A stretch of 64,000 nucleotides of DNA from Porphyridium purpureum (Eukaryota), in the NCBI GenBank assembly GCA_008690995.1, contig VRMN01000010.1, positions 372,001 to 436,000 of the forward strand. Reading direction: 5' to 3'. The position numbers and the translations under genes were made by a program. The notes below the pieces were generated by a model. The model saw only the letters and a program-made list of their open reading frames with translations, was not told the DNA's origin and searched no databases. Shown here in pieces: positions 1-9,563 of the stretch; within the stretch, counting starts at the first letter, position 1, and each line of letters starts with the position of its first letter.

Positions 1-574
1 TTGGCCCTTGGTCCTCAGGTCTCGGCCGATGAAACCAACGCGCTCAACAGGCGCTGTCGAAATCGTGCGTGCCTATTCGACTATGTCAACGCAGCAGCAT
101 GTCCATCTCTGCGCGTGTGCCCTTTGGATTTGGGACGCGGTGAAGATGCGGCATGTGAGCCGCAGTCGTGATGCGGAGGAGGACGGACTGGGAATGCGGC
201 GCGGCGACTCGCGCGGGGCTCCGTTTGCGCGGCAGTGCAGACAGTCACTTTCAGCGAAAGATGCAACGGTGAGTGCGTGGAAAGCGTGCAGAAGCCGGGG
301 AGAGAGGCAACACACAACGAAAGGACGGCATGGCGAAGCGTGGCGTCCATGGTTTGAGATGCAAGAGGCAAGGCCACCCTTCAAAGATGTGAACGGACGT
401 ATGGTCCGTGTATATAACATGCAGCGGGCGATGGGTGCAAGGATGCAGTGGCTTTGATCAGATGCTAAGCGTCAGGTGAGTTGAGGTATAGGAGAGAACC
501 GCGAGGCCGACTGGAAGCGGACTTCAGTAGTGCAGACGGGAACCCTGAAGACTCGAAAAAGTGCTGAGAATTCT

Positions 575-1711
575 ATGATGATGAGGCTCGTGGCTTGCGG
601 CGTGGCCGTACTGATGGCTTTGTTCTGCATGTGCAGCGCAATGCCCACGAAAACTGATCTTCCGTTGGATATAATGGGCCACGTGGGTTCGATTTGGGAT
701 TACCCGATTGAGCGCTTCGTGACACTCAAGGAGCTTGGCGACGGGCAGCCGCTCAACGGCCCGTGCGAGGATGTGGAGTTCTCACGTGAACACTTTGCGC
801 AGTTCCTCGAGCTCGAGGTCGAGAGCTCTTTCTCGAGCGCGCCGGACGATGAGATTAAGGATTTGGTGGCCCACACTGTGATGAAGTTCTGGAAGAGGAC
901 GGCCATGAATGAGACGCACGTTTGCATCTCAACCAAGCAAATGCAGTCTTACTTCAACCAGCATAGCTTGGAAGGGCGCGAAATGCGCCGCATTGCGACG
1001 GGTGCGAAGACGCCGGCCATGCGCTTTGTTCAGCACATGAAAGAGCAGAAGGACAAAATGATGCTGGAAGAGAACACGACAATGCGCGGGACCGGAGGCT
1101 TGCCCCTCAAGCCGGCATACAATCCAATCTGGCATGAATGGGGCACAACTACGCGCGCTAACGACGTTTGGAAGTGCCAGTCGATGTTCATGTCATACCC
1201 GACTGTGGTGGTGGAGCGCGCCAGCAAGTACGATACACGCTACCCGCACTACTATGAAAAAGGTGACTCGATCTGGGCAGTGCCGCCCAAGTATTGCAAA
1301 CCGTCAGCTTTGTACGGGAGCCGCGAGTGCAAGGTGATCATGAATAACGGCTTTATCCTGCGCTCGATCCCCGGTATCTCGTGCCCTTGGTTCCGGCAGG
1401 CATTCAGCGACTTGGGGTGCCACAGCACCGGATGCGACATGGAGCTGATTTTCAGGCACATGTGCACGTACATTGATGAGTACGGGGTAATCTTCGACTC
1501 GTATGCAGACTCGTTCTGCTACTCCAGCCCAATGAGCCATATCCAGCCGTTCCAGACGCGCAATGCATGCTTCACAGGCTACCAGGTATACTATCTGCTT
1601 GACAACTTGATCTTTGGGTCGTACGAGCAGAACAAGTTTTGGTATGACAACCTGGGCTTCTTCGGTAACATGCTGTCGTTCTACACCCCGTACGAGAGGC
1701 ACTGCGAATAA
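575..1711 (+). CDS. Secreted protein of unknown function with Cys/aromatic-rich C-terminal half
   Basis: Long ORF. First ATG at 575 gives MMMRLVACGVAVLMALFCMCSA, which is signal-peptide-like. No family recognised. Confidence 0.75.
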   Translation: MMMRLVACGVAVLMALFCMCSAMPTKTDLPLDIMGHVGSIWDYPIERFVTLKELGDGQPLNGPCEDVEFSREHFAQFLELEVESSFSSAPDDEIKDLVAHTVMKFWKRTAMNETHVCISTKQMQSYFNQHSLEGREMRRIATGAKTPAMRFVQHMKEQKDKMMLEENTTMRGTGGLPLKPAYNPIWHEWGTTTRANDVWKCQSMFMSYPTVVVERASKYDTRYPHYYEKGDSIWAVPPKYCKPSALYGSRECKVIMNNGFILRSIPGISCPWFRQAFSDLGCHSTGCDMELIFRHMCTYIDEYGVIFDSYADSFCYSSPMSHIQPFQTRNACFTGYQVYYLLDNLIFGSYEQNKFWYDNLGFFGNMLSFYTPYERHCE

Positions 1712-3252
1712 GCAGACAAGCTTGGATCGCGTTTCATGACGATGAAAGTCGGCCAGCCTTTGTGCGATTCGGCGACATGGCCGATCACGTTTTCCCCAAT
1801 TTTCTTTTTCTCTTCTTTTCTTTCGCAGTTGTCCATGAGCTCGGGTTGACTGGCTTGTAGTCTTGGAGCCAGACAAACTAAGACAACAAGTGATAGCATG
1901 CGTACCGAGTTTCAAGTAAATTTGTTTTCTGGAAAATGCAGCTTGGTTCGCGTCGGACATGATTCTGCTTCTGCACTCAAAGTTGATTGGGACACATTCT
2001 CACGATTGCAATACTCGATTATAGTTTCGTCAAGCCTGGATGCACTTTCCAGGTCTGACATTGACCTACCGTATGTCTTTGAGGAATCTAGGCCGTGTCG
2101 ACTTTATGAGACCATGAAAGCACAAAAGCTTCAGGGCTATGGCCGTGTCATTTTCATCAGAGGCGGTCCTAGTAGAATCAATACTTCTTCCTCGTTCCCT
2201 TTAAATCCTCTTTCTCGGCATTCTTCTTTCCAAAAAGGCAAAAGCACGAGACCGGCGTATCCCGAATTGTGACCGCGTGCTGAGGTGCATCGTTTCGGTC
2301 CAAACGTCGATTCTGACTGACGAGGTGCGACCGTGCGATGTCGGTGGATCGGTACGACGTGCTCGACACGACACTGACACGTCCACTCACTTTCACTGCG
2401 ACGTGGAAGGGCACGGCTCTGTCATAATTGGATGAGAGGGATTCTGTGCTATCAGTCCACCTGTGAGGGTGAGAATACAGGCTGATGCGATCCATGTGGC
2501 TTGCACAAGTGATTGGATTTTGGGGACAGGTTAGAGGCGGGGCATGTATCGGATCCATTTGCATCGGCAGAATTATCTCACAAGGGAGTGTATTCGAGCC
2601 CGACAGTGCGTTTCTTCGATTTCACCTAAGACTGGCCGGAGGGCCTGTCAGAAACAGTCTCGCCACCGATAGGCTAGCAGAAAGCTCTGGCTGAGAAGTT
2701 CATTCTTTCGCACGATTTCCATGAAGTACGCCTGATGGATACAACAAAGCAGTCAACTCTTTGCAACCAAGCCCATGTGTATCTTCAAGCACGATTTGAA
2801 ATCATCGTCGATCCCCGAATGACGCTGTCCGCGACCTGCTAGTCGTCGGATTCGAACACAGGGACGAACTCTATGCGGTCCAAGTGTAGCGCTACAGCAA
2901 AGCCAGCCTTGCTTGGCCAACACCAAGTCACCTGGAAAGGAATCGATTTTGTGCAAGGTAGGCTCTGACAGCAGGCCTTCACGTCTCCGCGGCGTCAGTA
3001 ACCTTTCCGTGTCGAACGGACCAGTCTGCGCGGACCGGGTGGACGCAGAGAATGCAGAGCTACTTTGCACGCAGCACTACGAATTCTGAAGAGATGCAAC
3101 TCTTGCGAGCTTGCTCACAGATGCTTTCACCGTTTTCTTGGCTTTTGGAATACGTCACGCTGTTCCGCCCTCGGCGAATCTTGGAACCTAAAGATGTTTT
3201 GCACGCTCGTGCCGCCCGCTGAAATCCAAGTCTGATCTACGGACGTTCTACT

Positions 3253-5361
3253 CTATTCAATGTTGTACTTCTTTCGTAATTGCGCGTGCTTCTTGAGTTC
3301 CTTCTCGAGATTTTTCCTTTGAGACTTTGTGATTTCCGCGCCCTGCGCGTCTGCCACCGGGACACCAGTCTCATCATCCCACTTGGAATACAATGCTGCA
3401 CGCTCCCCCGTTCTGAAGTACTCAGTGGGCGGAATCTGAGCGAGATCTTTCTCCTTCTTTTCTTTCTCCAACTCTTGCTCTTTGCGCAACGCCTTTGCCC
3501 GTTGGCGCTCCTCCTCCTGCTGCTTCTTGCGCTCAATCTCCTGCAGCAAGGCTTTGGCATCCTCCACTTTGACGACAGATTCACCGTTGGCTCGATCCTC
3601 GAGCCGAATACCGAGCGGGGGAAGTGCTTCGTCGCGAACATTGTCACAGCATTGCATCACAAAATCAGCGAGCCCAGCCGCATCTTGAATGTCATGCGTG
3701 CTGCCGCTCTTTTTGACCGCGATCGCCTTGTTCCGCAAATCTGCTCGGAAGGCCGCAAATACATCTGATACGTCTTGAACAAGCGCGTTGCTGCCTGCAC
3801 CGCTGCCATTTGAGTCCGAGGCAGCGGCGCTCACACCAAATACATTCATCATGAACACAACGTAGTCCAGAACTGCCTCTACAATAGGATGGTTCACCGC
3901 CATCTTTTCCTGCTCTGCACGACCAACGTAGGTATTTGTCTTATTGACCAGATCTAGGATCGCCGCCAGCGCGTCCGGTGTTTTGAAATTGTCATAGAGC
4001 GCATTGCGAACCGATTGCTTTGTGCGTTTCAATTCGTTCAACATCTCCAAGTCCACAGGACTGGGATGCAAGCGAACAGGTCCTCCAGAGTGAGCTCCGC
4101 TCTCGCGTTTCTTGGTAGCGCGCAAAATCGACTTCATGGTGCCCAAAAAGTCCACCAACTTGCGGTGATTAATGACAGCCTCTGTCATGATATCTTCCGA
4201 GTAGTTCATCGGCGCGTCGTACTTGTGCTGGAGAAAGAAAATGCGCAATTGAGCTGCCGAGTACCGTTCCAGGCACGCGTCGATCGTGATGAAATTTTTA
4301 AGCGACTTGCTCATCTTGAGCCCTTCAATATGCAGATGCCCACTGTGTAGCCATATACGCACCCATTCGTGACATTTGTGGAACGCCTCGGCTTGCGCGA
4401 TCTCATTATCGTGGTGCGGGAATTTGAGGTCGACACCGCCAGAGTGCAAATCGATTGGACAACTGCCCAGTTCTTCTGCCATGGCTGAGCACTCGATGTG
4501 CCAGCCAGGTCGGCCCGGATGGGAGCTCCATGGGCATTCCCAATATGGCTCGTTGGGCTTGGACGCCTTCCAGAGCGCAAAGTCTGCCGGGTTTCGCTTT
4601 TCACTCGTGACACTGGCGTTCGAACCGTCCGCCAAAACACCTTCGCCTTCCTGCAGCAGCGCAATATTCCCGACCGAATAAGGTTCCAGCTTGGCGTACG
4701 TGTAGCCAGCGCTTTTGAACGCTTGAGTGTCAAAGTACACTGAGCCCGAATCTACGCTGTAGGCAAACCCGTGCGAAATGATTTTTTGGATGTAGCTGCA
4801 TATCTCTGGAATATACTCAGTGACGCGGGTGACCAGGGTGGGCATGCGGCAGTTGAGGTTTTCCAGATCCTTCATAAAGGAGCGCTCCATTCTTCTAGCC
4901 AGCGTTTCAAAAGGCTCCTGGTTCTCGATGGAGCGCTTGATGATCTTGTCATCGATATCTGTAATGTTCATCTGGTAGACAATATCATAGTTAAAGTAGT
5001 CCTCCAGAATCCTGCGAATCAAGTCAAAGCTCACGTAATTCCGCGCATGCCCGATGTGCGACACGTCGTACACTGTCGGTCCACAGATGTACCACGTCAA
5101 CGCCTTGCGTCCGTTTGCATTCAGCAGCGGCACCTTTTGCATCCCAATACTATTCACGACATGTGGCACATCGCCGCCGTCCAGACGGACCGCGCCGAGC
5201 TTCTCTGCCACGCCGTGCATCCTCGCGACGTGCACACACGCCGACCGCAACCACACACGCGAGCCGAGCTCCCACCCAGATCCACGCCGCCGTGCTCCCG
5301 AGTCAAACGAAGCGCGAAGTACAGTCCTTGCAGCCAGTTTCACGCACGAGGCGCGTCGCAT
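3253..5361 (-). CDS. CARS: Cysteinyl-tRNA synthetase (eukaryotic type)
   Basis: WYICGPTVYD, HIGH, DFALWK, GRPGWHIECSAM, FPHHDNE and KMSKS motifs, with the eukaryotic charged C-terminal extension. Confidence 0.97.
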   Translation of the reverse strand: MRRASCVKLAARTVLRASFDSGARRRGSGWELGSRVWLRSACVHVARMHGVAEKLGAVRLDGGDVPHVVNSIGMQKVPLLNANGRKALTWYICGPTVYDVSHIGHARNYVSFDLIRRILEDYFNYDIVYQMNITDIDDKIIKRSIENQEPFETLARRMERSFMKDLENLNCRMPTLVTRVTEYIPEICSYIQKIISHGFAYSVDSGSVYFDTQAFKSAGYTYAKLEPYSVGNIALLQEGEGVLADGSNASVTSEKRNPADFALWKASKPNEPYWECPWSSHPGRPGWHIECSAMAEELGSCPIDLHSGGVDLKFPHHDNEIAQAEAFHKCHEWVRIWLHSGHLHIEGLKMSKSLKNFITIDACLERYSAAQLRIFFLQHKYDAPMNYSEDIMTEAVINHRKLVDFLGTMKSILRATKKRESGAHSGGPVRLHPSPVDLEMLNELKRTKQSVRNALYDNFKTPDALAAILDLVNKTNTYVGRAEQEKMAVNHPIVEAVLDYVVFMMNVFGVSAAASDSNGSGAGSNALVQDVSDVFAAFRADLRNKAIAVKKSGSTHDIQDAAGLADFVMQCCDNVRDEALPPLGIRLEDRANGESVVKVEDAKALLQEIERKKQQEEERQRAKALRKEQELEKEKKEKDLAQIPPTEYFRTGERAALYSKWDDETGVPVADAQGAEITKSQRKNLEKELKKHAQLRKKYNIE

Positions 5362-5493
5362 CGCCAGATCTAGACCTCAACAGATCCGACGGCTCTGTTC
5401 TCCGCCGTTCTCCTTGCCTCTTCCTTTCCTCTCTCCCTCGCTCTGCAGCCTCGTCGCGCCGCGCGTGCCGAAAAGTTGAACGCGTGAAAAAAG

Positions 5494-5559
5494 ATATTAA
5501 ACATATATTAAACTAATATTAATCATATATTAAACATATATTAAACATATATTAAACAA
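5494..5559. repeat. AT-rich 11-bp tandem repeat (ATATTAAACAT) x6
   Basis: Six near-identical units read directly, upstream of the CysRS start. Confidence 0.9.
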
Positions 5560-5808
5560 TCAAAAAATACATGCGAGAGACCTTAAAAAATATTTCCATG
5601 AAAATAGCCGATTTTAGTAGAATAAATGTACAGTGAGTACTGTTTTCTGACCGTACCTTTGAGTTCAGGAGGAAGGAAGGTGGTTGGATGCGACTTACCG
5701 AGGAACAGCAGCGGCAGCAAAAGAAGCAGACGCAGACGCAGGAGTTGGTGAGAAGCTGAAGGATGTGGGTTTGACGGTCGACTAGCAGGCTGAGAAACGC
5801 GCTGCGCT

Positions 5809-8808
5809 TTATAGTTCTGTCGCAAGCGCAAGCTCGCGCCGATGTGACGCACGAGCGTTGAATAATGCAATGTCGTCGTCCCAGTCTCCTCTCGGATATG
5901 GCGCTGCGTCGCCCGCTGCGGGGTCGGGCGTACTGGCGTGGTGTTCAAAACGATGAGCTGATCCTGTGTCTTGCCGCTTGGACGCATCACGCGACAGCTG
6001 ATGGAAGCGACGGCGAAGACGTCTGATCAGTAGCACCACCGAGTCACTCGCGAGAAACCGGTTGCGTAAGATGCCTTGCTCCATTTTCTCGCTCACGTAT
6101 TCGAGCTGGTCCGCGGTCACGTTGGACTTGCACGCCAGAAGCACGTTGGCAAGAGCAGAATACACGGAGAAAATCGAGTCGGGCTCGTACGTGAGCTCGT
6201 TTTTCATCCGCTCGTATATCTGAAACGCCTCACGGACGCCGGTGTCTCCCGTATTCGTGCACGCAACAATACACGAGCGGTAAATTTTGAGGCTACGCGA
6301 GAAGCACAGCTGCTGATTGAGCAACACGACATGGCGCATGCTGTCCCCATGCAGCTTACGAGCATGCTGACGACTCGAGCCAGTCAGCTTTCGTCGCTTG
6401 CGCTCAACCTCATCCAGCCGCGACAGCACGTGAAAACAAGCATCCAGGTCGCGGTCGCGCGCGTACCAAAAGATGAGCGCTTGAGCCATGTAAAGATCCA
6501 ATTCCAGGCCTGAAGTCCAAAAGTCTTCCATGACAGTGCGCGGCACAGCATCAAAGAGGTGCGTCCGATGCTTCGCCAAGCCCACTAACAGGCACGTGTA
6601 TGAGCGCAAACTCGGCCTCACGCCCCACGCTACACTGCGCTTGTGCAGAACGATCGCCTGTGCTAAGGTCAGCGTCTCTCTCTGCTGCACGAGGTACGAC
6701 AAGAGTCGTGTGATATGCACTGGTGTCACCTCCCATGACAGGTGCACCGGTGAATCTCCAGCCTTTGTCCCAGCTACCTTTTCTTTGTCAGTCAAATCGG
6801 AATCGAGTCGCCCAAGAGCGTCACATGAATCCGACTCACTGACATGCATTCGATCCATCACGAGCTTTCGCGCAAACTCGACCTCACCTGTGCGGATTGA
6901 AAGCTGCACCATGCTCTCCGAGGCGAGCGTAATCTTAGAGACTCCATATTCATTCAGCATGGTGCTGAAGACATGGTGCCACATCACCCAGTCACCTCTT
7001 TGGGCAATGGCACGCAAGAGCTCAATAAACATGCATTCGCCTGCTGTTCCCAACTGGTAACGCTGCAGCAGAAACAGCGTAAGCAGCAAGGTGCGTGAAG
7101 GGTCCAACCGGTGGGCTGCGGCCCACAGAAGCGTGGTCGGCAGGTGGCGAGCGAGCGGACGGGATTTCTTTTTGCCCTCCGCGGCAAAAGACTTATCGTC
7201 AACGTTCGACCACACAGCCGCATCTTTTGCGCGCAAAAAAACGTCCATCATTTGCAGTGCATCCTCAATGCTGTTCATCCGCGCCCGAATAATCAATGCC
7301 TTGTTGAGTAAGAAGACGACATTTTCCCATGTAAACCTCGTTGTTCCCTGCCAGTCATGCACGATAGCTGCGATCTGCGCAATGGCTTGCGACTGCTCGA
7401 CACGTCCAAACTCAGTCACCCAATCTATTCCGCCACCCTGGAGTACTGTTTGTACATGGGAGCGAAGATACATCGCATCGGGCGCGTTAGCAAGGGTCCT
7501 GTCCAGGTCGACTTTTCCCCCGGCGTGCGGATCATACGTGAATAAAAGAAACTTCGCGAGTCGCTTCGCATCGGACACGTTCACAAGAGACAAGTCTCGA
7601 TCAAAAGACGTGGGTCCCTTGACCGCAGCCCTGGTGTGCGGCTTGGAACCGGTCGCCCAAAGTCGGCGCACTGCAAACGCCATATCATCCATCCTGGCGT
7701 TCTCCAATAAGTTCTGGAGCGTAGAAAACTCCGCCTGCTTCATGTGCTGCAGTTCCGGGGCCGGCAATGAGGCCAGCCGGCTCCCCCTTAAGAAAAAGGC
7801 TTGAATACTCTGCTTGCAGTAATGGACCACGTCGTCCCTTTGTAATTTACCTTTCCGAACCGGAAACGCGTCCCCAGACAGCCTCACCGAAGTGTTCATT
7901 GCTTTTTGCCCAGTCTTCTCCGCGTTTGGCCGGCCATTTTGCTCAAGCTTGCTCAAGCCCGGCACTACACGTTTCCGAACGGACAAGGCATGTTCCGACT
8001 GCCTCATAGACGTCACCGGCACCTTTGTTTCCTCTGAGCTTGCACGCAGACCCTCTACGGGTTCCATAGATTCCATGCAAGTGCGACGCTGTGCCAAAGC
8101 TGACTGCGCAGGTTGCATCGCCGCGGGATCCGGTGTTGCCATGGTCTTTGTTAGTTGCTGTGCATCTTCTCTAAGATCTGTTCTTGCTGTCGCTACCCGC
8201 TCTCGAACAGCAAATGCGCGCCCGACAGCGCGTCTCACCGGCATACTGTCACTCCAGGGCGCCGCCTCGTTTCCGTGCGCATGCACGTCTTCTTGACTTT
8301 CGCGTGGTGCGTCTGACTGTGAGCGTTGCCTCATGGCAAATAACCGACTTTTCGGCCGCACCACCGTGCGCGCAGCAGCCTGCGACGAAGTAAGCTGTTG
8401 GTCCACGCCGGCTGGACGCGCCGCGTCTGTGTTTTGGTTCGCTTCCACGACTGCGGGGCGTGCCATACCAGGCGCGGACCGCGTATTGGACAAGGTGGGC
8501 CGTGTGTGACCGATATCAACATGCCAGCCGACATACTGTCCCTCAGCAAAACTATCATGCTCTTCACCTGCGTCCTTCCTTCTGCGCTCCTCCTCCTGCA
8601 GGCGCCACAGCAGCCGCGTCAGCAGCGGCTGGCCGCGCAAACTCATTGCGGAACTCGCGACGTCTTCCACATGCTGCGCGTGCTGCGCATTGACCTGGCT
8701 ACCGGGCCGCGCCGCCCTGAAGTTTCTACGCGCGACGCGCGCAGCGACTGACGTACCAACAAACCTCGCATACACCACCATCCCCACCTCCTGCGCCTTC
8801 TCCCTCAT
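5809..8808 (-). CDS. Pentatricopeptide-repeat-like helical protein, probably organelle-targeted
   Basis: 999-aa ORF with degenerate PPR-like segments (GVRPSLRSYTCLLVGLAK, IYRSCIVACTNTG..REAFQIYERMK) and an Arg/Ala-rich N-terminus. Confidence 0.65.
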   Translation of the reverse strand: MREKAQEVGMVVYARFVGTSVAARVARRNFRAARPGSQVNAQHAQHVEDVASSAMSLRGQPLLTRLLWRLQEEERRRKDAGEEHDSFAEGQYVGWHVDIGHTRPTLSNTRSAPGMARPAVVEANQNTDAARPAGVDQQLTSSQAAARTVVRPKSRLFAMRQRSQSDAPRESQEDVHAHGNEAAPWSDSMPVRRAVGRAFAVRERVATARTDLREDAQQLTKTMATPDPAAMQPAQSALAQRRTCMESMEPVEGLRASSEETKVPVTSMRQSEHALSVRKRVVPGLSKLEQNGRPNAEKTGQKAMNTSVRLSGDAFPVRKGKLQRDDVVHYCKQSIQAFFLRGSRLASLPAPELQHMKQAEFSTLQNLLENARMDDMAFAVRRLWATGSKPHTRAAVKGPTSFDRDLSLVNVSDAKRLAKFLLFTYDPHAGGKVDLDRTLANAPDAMYLRSHVQTVLQGGGIDWVTEFGRVEQSQAIAQIAAIVHDWQGTTRFTWENVVFLLNKALIIRARMNSIEDALQMMDVFLRAKDAAVWSNVDDKSFAAEGKKKSRPLARHLPTTLLWAAAHRLDPSRTLLLTLFLLQRYQLGTAGECMFIELLRAIAQRGDWVMWHHVFSTMLNEYGVSKITLASESMVQLSIRTGEVEFARKLVMDRMHVSESDSCDALGRLDSDLTDKEKVAGTKAGDSPVHLSWEVTPVHITRLLSYLVQQRETLTLAQAIVLHKRSVAWGVRPSLRSYTCLLVGLAKHRTHLFDAVPRTVMEDFWTSGLELDLYMAQALIFWYARDRDLDACFHVLSRLDEVERKRRKLTGSSRQHARKLHGDSMRHVVLLNQQLCFSRSLKIYRSCIVACTNTGDTGVREAFQIYERMKNELTYEPDSIFSVYSALANVLLACKSNVTADQLEYVSEKMEQGILRNRFLASDSVVLLIRRLRRRFHQLSRDASKRQDTGSAHRFEHHASTPDPAAGDAAPYPRGDWDDDIALFNARASHRRELALATEL

Positions 8809-9318
8809 CCCTTCTCCTTCTCCCCCCCGCGCGCGCCCGCATCGCGCAATCCGTCTTTATCTCAACTGTACCTTATGACTCATTATCAGCTTAACGGTTA
8901 ATAGTCAAGTACAGTTAAAATCATCAAACGACTCTTTTTTTCTGAGAACTCGTCGGATGGTCTCGCTATCATGAAACGATGCTGTTTCAATAGACTATCT
9001 ATTAAATCAGTCGCGTTTACAATAAACAAAACTGGTTCATTAAGCCGAATCCGACACAATTCGGGTTTAAAGCGATTGACTCGACACGATCCAAGCGTGG
9101 ATGAAACCCGACGAGCGCCACGCCGCAGTTGCTCAAGGTTCGGTTCGCAGTGTCACACATAGACTGCTGGATGCTCAAGCTCTTAGATCTACCGCAAGGT
9201 CTACCGCAATGCCTTCGCATGACGACAAAGGAGGGCTTCATGAAAAGGCGTACCAGGCGCACAGAAACAGGTTGATGCAAGCGGTTTCGCGGTTCAATTT
9301 CCGCGGCTCGACGCGAAG

Positions 9319-9500
9319 AATCTATTTAAACCGTTAAGAGATGATCATAGTAAAATGATGTTATTTGAATGAACGCGAGAAACCCTAGACCGTAACCGAT
9401 AAAGTGGGAAATCTATTTAAACCGTTAAAGAAAAAGCATATTAAAGTGCTGCTCTTTAGTGATAAGAGAGAAACCCTAGCTTGTAACCGATAAAGTGGGA
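9319..9500. repeat. Degenerate 91-bp tandem duplication in a divergent promoter, containing telo-box-like AAACCCTA
   Basis: AATCTATTTAAACCGTTAA at 9319/9410, GAGAAACCCTAG at 9377/9468 and GTAACCGATAAAGTGGGA at 9392/9483, all offset by exactly 91 bp. Confidence 0.9.
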
Positions 9501-9563
9501 GAAGGTGTGAGTGGCGCGTGTGGGGGCTGGTGGTGCAGGTGGTGGTGGTGGGTGTGAAGAGGG

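Noticed and set aside
1750..3230. Short ORFs in the gap before CysRS
   Set aside because: No recognisable domain, repeat, RNA structure or transposon hallmark.
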